Assembly: GCA_035248785.1 (NCBI GenBank)
Contig: DATFHD010000100.1
Location: 328-64,327 of the forward strand
Length of the DNA: 64,000 nucleotides
Source: Pyrinomonadaceae bacterium
GTDB lineage: Bacteria; Acidobacteriota; Blastocatellia; Pyrinomonadales; Pyrinomonadaceae
Reading direction: 5' to 3'
Shown piece after piece: positions 24,952-32,076 of this stretch. Both the position numbers and the translations under genes were made by a program. The notes under the pieces are model-generated. The model did no database searches, was not told the origin of the DNA, and saw only the letters and a program-made list of their open reading frames with translations. The number at the start of each line of letters is the position of its first letter. Position 1 is the stretch's first letter.

Positions 24952-25275
24952 TTAGTTGTGGTTGTTCGTGTTGGCGCCGCGGTTGCTGTTGGCGCTGTTG
25001 GTGTTGGTGCCGGCGTTGGTGTTGCGGGTCATGTTGCCGTTCATGTTGCCCGCGTTGCTGTTGCCCGCGTTCATGTTACCGGCGTTGGTGTTGCCCGCGT
25101 TCGTGTTGCTGCCGGCATTCGAGTTGACGACGGTGATGTTGGCGTTGCCAACGGTCACATTGGCGTTGTTCGCGTTGGCGTTGCTGGCGTTCATGTTGTT
25201 GGTGTTGTCACCACCGCCACAGGCCGAAAGGCTCGCGACGCCGGCCAACGCCAGAAGTGCTAAAGTCTTGCGCAT
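24952..25275 (-). CDS. Asn-rich low-complexity lipoprotein
   Basis: MRKTLALLALAGVASLSAC (lipobox), followed by ~85 residues dominated by N, A, G and T (NAGSNTNAGNTNAGNMNAGNSNAGNMNGN...). A promoter-like TAGACA, 17 nt, TATAGT lies on the minus strand at 25353-25325. Confidence 0.7.
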   Translation of the reverse strand: MRKTLALLALAGVASLSACGGGDNTNNMNASNANANNANVTVGNANITVVNSNAGSNTNAGNTNAGNMNAGNSNAGNMNGNMTRNTNAGTNTNSANSNRGANTNNHN

Positions 25276-25506
25276 CGATCGTTCTCCTGAATTACTTAGA
25301 AATTGAGGTACCTCAAGCGTGGAAACTATACTTAAAACGGGCTTTGCTGTCTAGCCGTCATCGAAAATTTTTTCACCCAATTAATGTCGGCTTGTGTATA
25401 ATACCGCACGTTGTTGTGGCGCTGACGTTGGCCGCTCTCAGCACCGGCTGACTCTCCTCAGTCCGGTCACAGAGGCCCACGGACAATTTGCCGGAAGTGC
25501 TAAGTC

Positions 25507-25558
25507 GGAAAGGCGCGACCCGTTATGGCGAAACGGGTCGCGCCTTTCCCGCGTTTTA
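25507..25558. terminator. 18-bp perfect stem-loop, 27 nt downstream of the 25576-26295 gene; the T-run lies on the plus side
   Basis: GGAAAGGCGCGACCCGTT-ATGGCGA-AACGGGTCGCGCCTTTCC followed by CGCGTTTT. Confidence 0.7.
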
Positions 25559-25575
25559 CGGGAACTTTTCACGGT

Positions 25576-26295
25576 TCAGGGGCGCGCGGGCGGTTTCGCC
25601 GGCTGCGTGGTGTCGCCCGCGGGCGTGCGCTCCGAAGGCAGGATGTTCGCCGGGTTCGGCTTGTCAGGCGAGGTGTGGGTGTGAACGATCTTCCAAGCCG
25701 TGCCTATCTTCTGGTAGACGATTGTCAGGCGCCCCGTCGCATGCTCGGGCTGGCCGTCGGCGGTCTGCGACTGCTCCCAGAGGCACGTGACGAGCGCCGC
25801 CGTCGGCCCCAGAGTCTTCACGCGCACGTCGCGCACGTCGAGTTTGACGTCCGAGATTTTCGCGTACAGGCTCTCGCGGTTGCTGCGCGCCTGCTCCCAA
25901 CTCTTCGTCACCGTGCCGTTGTTGTTGAAGACTGAGAGCTGCGGCGAGTTCCAGTAGAGCGACATGACGGCGTTGGCGTCGGCGCGGCGTATGCCGTCCA
26001 CGAGCGAGTCGAAAGCCTCGCGGACGGCCGCTGACTCCGTGGCCGCGGGCGTAGTCCGCGTGGAGGCGGCGCGGCGTGTGCCCGCGCCGGTCGTCGTCCC
26101 TTCGGTCTGCGCGCCGGTCGTCTCCTGCGCGGGCTGCGTCGGTTTGGGCGTCGCGGAGGGCGTCGCGCGGGTATTCGCGCGGCGGCCGGTCGTCCCCATC
26201 CTGCCCGCGGACGCGTTCGTGTTCGTGTTCTGCGCGACGGCGGCCGGCGCGAGCGCGGCGGCGAGAGTCGCGGCGAAGAGAAGTCTTTTAATCAT
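25576..26295 (-). CDS. Secreted protein with a Thr/Ala-rich linker and a C-terminal DUF4440/SnoaL-like domain
   Basis: Signal MIKRLLFAATLAAALAPAAVAQ. C-terminus AVREAFDSLVDGIRRADANAVMSLYW...GRLTIVYQKIGTAWKIVHTHTS. Confidence 0.7.
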   Translation of the reverse strand: MIKRLLFAATLAAALAPAAVAQNTNTNASAGRMGTTGRRANTRATPSATPKPTQPAQETTGAQTEGTTTGAGTRRAASTRTTPAATESAAVREAFDSLVDGIRRADANAVMSLYWNSPQLSVFNNNGTVTKSWEQARSNRESLYAKISDVKLDVRDVRVKTLGPTAALVTCLWEQSQTADGQPEHATGRLTIVYQKIGTAWKIVHTHTSPDKPNPANILPSERTPAGDTTQPAKPPARP

Positions 26296-26319
26296 TCCTG
26301 AAACACCTCACTGAAAAAG

Positions 26320-26377
26320 CATGATGACAGACTGTCTGTCCGAACGTCACATGATGACAGACTGTCTGTCCGGACGT
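26320..26377. promoter_or_regulatory. Two tandem 30-bp units, each containing the perfect palindrome GACAGAC-T-GTCTGTC (candidate operator pair)
   Basis: Palindromes at 26326-26340 and 26356-26370. The units CATGATGACAGACTGTCTGTCCGRACGT repeat with an exact 30-bp period, 31 nt upstream of the start at 26295. Confidence 0.6.
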
Positions 26378-26393
26378 TCCAACTGTCCGAACG

Positions 26394-27953
26394 TCAGACG
26401 AGCGCGGCGGCCGCGCGCAGGCGTCTGGCCGAGCGCTCGCGCCCGACGACCTCGAACACGTCGAACATCGAAGGCCCGACCGCCTGACCCGTGAGCGCCG
26501 TGCGCGAGGCGTTGATGAGCAGTCCGGCCTTGACGCCGCGCTCGTCCGCGAAGTCGCGGAGCGCTTGCTCGACCGCCTCCAACGTCCAAGGCTCGACCGC
26601 TTCAAGACGCTCGGCCAGCGCGGGCAGAAGCTCGCGTAGTGACGCGTCCTTCTTCAGGTTCTTCCTGACGGCCGCCTCGTCGAACTCGAAGTCGTCGGCG
26701 AAGTACGCGCGGCCCTGCCCCGAGAAGTCTTTGAGCGTGTAGAAGCGCTCGCGTATGAGATTGATTGTACGCGCGAACCATTCGCGCCGCTCTGCGTCGT
26801 ACTCCGCGCGCCACAGCCCGGCCGACTCGAACTCGGCGCGCACGAGCGGCAGCAACTCTTCGAGCGGCATCGTGCGGATGTACTCGGCGTTCATCCAGAT
26901 GAGCTTGTCGTCCGTCCACCGCTTCGGGTTGTTGGCGTCGAAGTTGAAGATGGCCGGGCTGCGGTGTATGCGTTCGAGCGAGAAGTTCTCAATCAGATCG
27001 CTCAGGGGAATTATCTCGCTCCCGCGCGCGTCGGCCGCTGTCTGCTCGTTGCCGTGCGTCGCGTCTTCCGCGGACTGAAGGCCGGCGGGCGACCAGCCGA
27101 GCAGCGCGAGGAAGTTGCGGAAGGCTTCGGGCAGAAAGCCTCGGTCGCGGTAGGTCGTAAGCGAGACTATCTCTCCATGAATACGCTTCGACAACTTTTT
27201 CCCGCCGGGCGCGAGTATCAGAGGCAGGTGCGCGAAGCGCGGGACGGCCGCGCCCAGAGCCTCGTAGATGAGAACCTGCTTGTGCGTGTTCGTCAGGTGG
27301 TCTTGGCCGCGTATCACGTCGGTGATGCCCATCTCGATGTCGTCCACGACGACCGAGAGGTTGTAGAGCGGCGAGAGGTCGCCCGAGCGCAGCAGCACAA
27401 GGTCTTCTATCTCGGAGTGCGCGCGCTCCTGCTCGCCGTAGACGGCGTCGGTGAAGTGCGTCTGCCCTTCGGCCGGCACCTTCAGGCGGACGGCGAAGGG
27501 CTCTCCGTCGGCGGCCCTTCGGTCGGACTCTTCGAGCGGCAGGTCGCGGAAAGGGTTGGCGCGGTGGCTGGCGCCCTCGCCCGCGGCGGCCGTGCGTGCG
27601 CGCTCGGCGATCTCCTGCTTGACGTTGGCGTCCGAGCGCTCGCCCTTCGGCGTGAAGTCGCGGTAAGCCTTGCCCTCGCGCACGAGGCGCATCGCGGCCT
27701 CGCGGTGCTTGTCGGCGTTGCGCGACTGGAAGACTATCTCCTCGTCGTAGTCGCCGATGCCGAGCCACGCGAGCCCTTCGAGGATCGAGCGCGTTGACTC
27801 TTCGGTCGAGCGTTGGAGGTCTGTGTCCTCGACGCGCAGCAGGAACTTCCCGCCCTCCTTGCGCGCGTAGAGCCAGTTGAACAGCGCCGTGCGCGCGGCG
27901 CCGATGTGCAGGTAACCCGTGGGCGAAGGTGCGAAGCGGACGCGGACAGACAT
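26394..27953 (-). CDS. gltX: Glutamate--tRNA ligase
   Basis: VRVRFAPSPTGYLHIGAARTALFNWLYARKEGGKFLLRVEDTDLQRS (HIGH motif) and KLSKR (KMSKS-type motif). Confidence 0.95.
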   Translation of the reverse strand: MSVRVRFAPSPTGYLHIGAARTALFNWLYARKEGGKFLLRVEDTDLQRSTEESTRSILEGLAWLGIGDYDEEIVFQSRNADKHREAAMRLVREGKAYRDFTPKGERSDANVKQEIAERARTAAAGEGASHRANPFRDLPLEESDRRAADGEPFAVRLKVPAEGQTHFTDAVYGEQERAHSEIEDLVLLRSGDLSPLYNLSVVVDDIEMGITDVIRGQDHLTNTHKQVLIYEALGAAVPRFAHLPLILAPGGKKLSKRIHGEIVSLTTYRDRGFLPEAFRNFLALLGWSPAGLQSAEDATHGNEQTAADARGSEIIPLSDLIENFSLERIHRSPAIFNFDANNPKRWTDDKLIWMNAEYIRTMPLEELLPLVRAEFESAGLWRAEYDAERREWFARTINLIRERFYTLKDFSGQGRAYFADDFEFDEAAVRKNLKKDASLRELLPALAERLEAVEPWTLEAVEQALRDFADERGVKAGLLINASRTALTGQAVGPSMFDVFEVVGRERSARRLRAAAALV

Positions 27954-27961
27954 GATAGGGA

Positions 27962-28040
27962 GGGATGAGGGATGAGGGATGAGGGATGAGTTAAAAGCAA
28001 CTGGTCTTTAACTCACCCCTCATCCTTCATCCCTCATCCC
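27962..28040. repeat. Heptad-repeat hairpin (GGGATGA repeats)
   Basis: GGGATGAGGGATGAGGGATGAGGGATGAGTTAAA / loop AGCAACTGGTC / TTTAACTCACCCCTCATCCTTCATCCCTCATCCC. The right arm overlaps the last codons of the DUF421 gene. Confidence 0.9.
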
Positions 28041-28633
28041 TTCTTCAAACTCCTTTTCAGTTCTTCCATCTGGCGGCAGAGTTGGTCAATGCGCGCGAGC
28101 AGTTCCTCGTGGCGGCGCTCGTCGCGCGGGGGCGTGTGGCCCTCGATGTAGAAGCTGCCGCCGGGCTCCAACACGCAGGTCTTGATGTCGCCGAGGTGGC
28201 GGAAGCCCTGCCGGTGCGCGACCGTCAGCAGTTCGCTCTTCGTCAGCATCTCGCGCGCCAGCTCCGCCTCGCAGACGTGCCCGTTCTCGATGAGCTTGCT
28301 GGGCGTGCCCTCGATGAGCTGGTCGAGGCGCCGGTGCTTGAACATGAAGCGCACGACCGTGTAGTTCACCAGCAGCAGCGCGACGGCGCCGACGAGCCCC
28401 CCGGCGAGCGAGTTGTCTTCGCCGATGATCGCGTTCTGCACCGTGTTCGAGAGCGAGAGCAGGACGACGAGGTCGAAGGGGTTGAGCTGCGCCAGCTCGC
28501 GCTTGCCGAAGACGCGCAGCAGCACGACGAGCGCGGCGTAGACGACGACGGGGCGCAGAACCTTCTCGGCCAGCGGGAGCGCGGGCGCCGAGAGAAGGTT
28601 CTGAAGCGTCCCGTCCCAAAGGAGTCCGGACAT
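28034..28633 (-). CDS. DUF421 (YetF-like) membrane protein
   Basis: LRVFGKRELAQLNPFDLVVLLSLSNTVQNAIIGEDNSLAGGLVG...LIENGHV...ELAREMLTKSELLTVAHRQGF. Confidence 0.8.
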   Translation of the reverse strand: MSGLLWDGTLQNLLSAPALPLAEKVLRPVVVYAALVVLLRVFGKRELAQLNPFDLVVLLSLSNTVQNAIIGEDNSLAGGLVGAVALLLVNYTVVRFMFKHRRLDQLIEGTPSKLIENGHVCEAELAREMLTKSELLTVAHRQGFRHLGDIKTCVLEPGGSFYIEGHTPPRDERRHEELLARIDQLCRQMEELKRSLKKG

Positions 28634-28682
28634 CTTGCGCTTCTCCTCGCGGGCGGGTTTAGAAAGAGCAGGGCGGCCGCGT

Positions 28683-28723
28683 AAAACAAATGAAGGTTAC
28701 CTGAACTTTGCGACAGGTAACCT
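28683..28723 (-). terminator. Intrinsic terminator downstream of tRNA-Ser(GCU)
   Basis: On the minus strand AGGTTACCTG-TCGCAAAGTT-CAGGTAACCT is followed by TCATTTGTTTTA. Confidence 0.65.
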
Positions 28724-28739
28724 GCGTGGGCGATGTTGA

Positions 28740-28830
28740 TGGCGGAGATGGCAGGATTCGAACCTGCGATAGGCTTTTGACCTATAACGGTTTAGCAAAC
28801 CGCCGCCTTCAGCCACTCGGCCACATCTCC
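28740..28830 (-). tRNA. tRNA-Ser (anticodon GCU)
   Basis: Hand-folded: GGAGATG TG GCC GAGTGGCTGAA GGC G GCGGT TTGCTAA ACCGT, a long variable arm TATAGGTCAAAAGCCTATC, GCAGG TTCGAAT CCTGC CATCTCC G CCA. The CCA is encoded. Confidence 0.9.
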
Positions 28831-28988
28831 GCGAAGGCGAAGCCCTATTCTAGCCCGCGACCACCGATTGTCAAGCCGCGCCCCGGCCGTTTCCGCCCCG
28901 CGAAAACTTACGTATAACCCCGGCGCGGTTTGGTGATAAAGTTTGCGCGCACGGCCTCGGATTCCGCTTTGACAGGAGACGGCCTCAC

Positions 28989-31900
28989 ATGCCCGAAGCT
29001 TCCAGTAAACAGACCGTCGTCATGGTCAGCAGCACCGTGCTCGATCTGCCCGAGCACCGCAAAGAGGTGCGCGACGCCTGCCTGCGGATGGGGATGCTCC
29101 CCGTGATGATGGAGCACCTGACGGCCGGCGATACGGACGCGGCCGAGAAGTCGCTGGCGATGGTTGACGGCGCGGACATCTATCTGGGCGTCTTCGCCTA
29201 CCGCTACGGTTACGTGCCCGACGCGAACAACCCCGACCGAATCTCCATCACCGAGATGGAATACAACCGCGCCGTCGAGCGCGACATACCCCGCCTGATC
29301 TTCTTCATGGACAAGTCGCACACGCTCACTGCGGCCGACATGGAAGAGGACACGACCGACCCGGTCGAAATCGCGCGGCGTAAGGTGAAGCTGGCGGAGT
29401 TGAAAGAGCGCGCCGGCAAAAGGCGCGTCGTCGCCTCCTTCAGGTCGCCCGCCGACCTGCGCGCGCTCGTCATACAAGCCCTCGTCGAATTCCGCGTGCC
29501 AGACCTCACGACCTTCCACTACGTCAGCAACATCCCCGAGCCACCCGAGCCCTTCATCGCGCACCCCTACACGCTGCTGCAAACGCACCGCCTCGTCGGC
29601 CGTCAGCCAGAACTGAATCTGTTAACCGACTGGGTCGCCAAACCCGACTCTGGCGTTTACAAGGCGCGCATCCTCAACGTCGTCGCCATCGGCGGCATGG
29701 GCAAGAGCGCCCTGACGTGGAAGTGGTTCAACGACATCGCCCCGCAGGAGATGAAGCCGCTCGCCGGACGCATGTGGTGGAGCTTCTACGAGTCCGACGC
29801 CACCTTCGAGAACTTCGTCACCCGCGCCCTCGCCTACGTCACCCGCCGCCCTCTCGCCGAAGTCCAACAAATCCCCGCCCCCGACCGCGAGACGCAACTC
29901 CTCGCCGCCCTCGACCGCGAGCCCTTCCTCCTCGTCCTCGACGGCCTCGAACGCATCCTCATCGCCTACGCCCGCATGGACGCCGCGCATCTCAGCGACG
30001 ACGACTACGACAGGCAGACGGCGAACTTCGTCGCCAACGCCTACGGCCTGCCCGCGAGCGCCGCGCAGTCCTTCACCGGCGAGCACCGCCTACGCAAGAC
30101 CGCCGACCCGCGCGCCGGCTCCTTCCTCCGCAAACTCTCGAACGTCCGCGCCTCCCGCATCCTAGTCAGCACACGCCTCTACCCAGCCGACTTACAGACG
30201 GTGACGGGCGAATCGCTTGGCAATTGTGCCGCTGTCTTCCTGCCCGGGCTGTCCGATGACGACGCGCTCGAACTGTGGCGGGCGTTTGGTGTCACCGGCT
30301 CACGCGATACGTTGCTGCCGCTTTTCAATCTCGTCGGTAATCATCCTTTACTGGTCCAAGCGTTGGCGGGCGAGGTGGCGCGCTACCGGCCCGCGCCCGG
30401 CGACTTCGACGCGTGGCGGCGCGCTCATCCCGATTTTAACCCCTTCGGCCTGCCGCTCATTCAAGTAAGATCACACGTGCTGGCCTCTGCCCTGCACGGG
30501 CTCGGCGGCAAAGCGCACCAAGTGTTGCGCACCATCGCCGCCTTCAGGATGCCCGCACGCTACGACACGCTGGTCGCGTTGTTAATAGGTAACGGGAAGG
30601 CGTGCGCAGACGAGCGTGAGTTGGACGGGGTTCTAACCGAGTTGGAAGACCGGGGCTTGGTCGGCTGGGACAAGCGCGCCAACCGCTACGACCTGCACCC
30701 GCTCGTGCGCGGCGTGGTGTGGAGCGGCCTGAGCGACGACGCCCGGCGCGGCATCTATACGAGCCTGCACACACACTTTGAAGTGGTGCCGAAGATTGAC
30801 GATTTTCTCAAAGTCAATAACCTCGAAGACCTCACACCCGCTATCGAGCTATACAATACGCTGATTGGTTTGGGACGTTACTCCGACGCCGCGCTTCTTT
30901 TCCAAGGGAAATTAGACCAAGCCACGATTTGGCGCCTGAGCGCCAACCGCCAGCGGATAGAGTTGCTCGAAATGCTCTTCCCCGATGGATTAGAGCACCA
31001 GCCGCGGTTGAACCGCGGTGGGTTGCAAGCCTACGCGTACGGTGCGTTGGCAACCAGCTATACGTCGAGCGGACAACCTGGACGCGCCGCGGCCGTGCAC
31101 CGCCGCGCCAATGCTATTGACGCCGAGATCGGGCGGAGCATCAGCCTATGTACGGGACTGTATAACATGTCGTATGCCCTACGCTTGTCAGGCGCCCTGC
31201 GGGAGGCAGAATCTACTGCGCGGCAGGCGCTGATTATTTCGCGTGAGCAGGGTGATGTCGGTAGAGAAGCCAGCAGCCTCTACATGCTCGGGCTGGTGTT
31301 CGCCGCTCGCGGCATCTCTAAAGGGTCTGAGGCGGCGCTCAGTCGGGCGTTGAGGATATTCGTGACCTACTCCTTCAAACCAGGGATGGGATTTGTAAGC
31401 TCTTTCCTTTCACAAAGGGCATTATGGCTCGGAGCTTACATCGCTGCGATGACACTCGCCGACCGCGCTTGGGAACTGGCTCATGTCAGAGGCAATGAGC
31501 GTGATTTCATCTTCGCTTCACGGCGGCAGGGTGAGGCGGCGCTGGGCTTAAACGACTTAGTTAAAGCAGACGAGCGGCTGCATCATGCGCTCACCCGCGC
31601 GCGGATGGTGAATCTAGTTGAGGAAGAACTGCCCGCGCTGGTGGCGCTGGCGGAGTTGCGGCGGAGGCAGGGGGAGTTGGGGGCGGCGAGGGGGTTGTTA
31701 GAGGATGTGTGGGAGGCGGCGGAGCGGGGGCCGTATCCTTTGATTCATGCGGATGCGTGTTGTGTGTTGGCGGAGGTGGAGCGGGAGGAGGGCCGATACG
31801 ATAAAGCGGTTGAGCCGGCGGAGACGGCTTATAGGTTGGCGTGGTGTGATGGGCCGCCGTTTGCTTATCATTGGGGGTTGGAGAGGGCGCGGGCTCTGCT

Positions 31901-32033
31901 GAAAGAGTTGGGGGCGGGGGAGCCGGAGTTGCCGGCGTTTGATGCGTCGAAGTTTGAGCCGATGCCGGAGGTGGAGATTGACCCGGCGGACGAGTTCGGG
32001 GCGGGGAGTGTTGAAGGTGGTGGAGGAGGATAA
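28989..32033 (+). CDS. STAND NTPase: DUF4062-like N-terminal domain, NB-ARC ATPase, C-terminal TPR array
   Basis: N-terminus VVMVSSTVLDLPEHRKEVRDACLRMGMLPVMMEH...ADIYLGVFAYRYGYVP...ISITEMEYNRAVERDIPRLIFFM (DUF4062-type). P-loop VVAIGGMGKSALTWKW, Walker B FLLVLDGLERIL, RILVSTRLYP, LPGLSDDDALELW and GNHPLLVQALAG (NB-ARC order). About 400 aa of TPR-like helical repeats follow. Confidence 0.85.
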   Translation: MPEASSKQTVVMVSSTVLDLPEHRKEVRDACLRMGMLPVMMEHLTAGDTDAAEKSLAMVDGADIYLGVFAYRYGYVPDANNPDRISITEMEYNRAVERDIPRLIFFMDKSHTLTAADMEEDTTDPVEIARRKVKLAELKERAGKRRVVASFRSPADLRALVIQALVEFRVPDLTTFHYVSNIPEPPEPFIAHPYTLLQTHRLVGRQPELNLLTDWVAKPDSGVYKARILNVVAIGGMGKSALTWKWFNDIAPQEMKPLAGRMWWSFYESDATFENFVTRALAYVTRRPLAEVQQIPAPDRETQLLAALDREPFLLVLDGLERILIAYARMDAAHLSDDDYDRQTANFVANAYGLPASAAQSFTGEHRLRKTADPRAGSFLRKLSNVRASRILVSTRLYPADLQTVTGESLGNCAAVFLPGLSDDDALELWRAFGVTGSRDTLLPLFNLVGNHPLLVQALAGEVARYRPAPGDFDAWRRAHPDFNPFGLPLIQVRSHVLASALHGLGGKAHQVLRTIAAFRMPARYDTLVALLIGNGKACADERELDGVLTELEDRGLVGWDKRANRYDLHPLVRGVVWSGLSDDARRGIYTSLHTHFEVVPKIDDFLKVNNLEDLTPAIELYNTLIGLGRYSDAALLFQGKLDQATIWRLSANRQRIELLEMLFPDGLEHQPRLNRGGLQAYAYGALATSYTSSGQPGRAAAVHRRANAIDAEIGRSISLCTGLYNMSYALRLSGALREAESTARQALIISREQGDVGREASSLYMLGLVFAARGISKGSEAALSRALRIFVTYSFKPGMGFVSSFLSQRALWLGAYIAAMTLADRAWELAHVRGNERDFIFASRRQGEAALGLNDLVKADERLHHALTRARMVNLVEEELPALVALAELRRRQGELGAARGLLEDVWEAAERGPYPLIHADACCVLAEVEREEGRYDKAVEPAETAYRLAWCDGPPFAYHWGLERARALLKELGAGEPELPAFDASKFEPMPEVEIDPADEFGAGSVEGGGGG

Positions 32034-32076
32034 AGCTTAAGGGCTTCGTTAGAAGGCGGGAGCACTGTGTTGGGAA

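Noticed and set aside
27962-28040. Could the short tandem repeats (here and at 4646, 32931, 48530 and 63484) be CRISPR arrays?
   Set aside because: The repeat unit is only 7 nt and directly tandem, with no ~30-nt unique spacers. Each block is matched by an inverted copy forming a hairpin, and no cas genes are present.
28740-32033. Is the STAND gene part of a genomic island integrated at tRNA-Ser(GCU)?
   Set aside because: The gene lies on the 5' side of the tRNA, not the usual 3' attachment side. I saw no integrase and no direct repeat of the tRNA 3' end. Only the proximity and a compositional dip remain, so island integration is not claimed.
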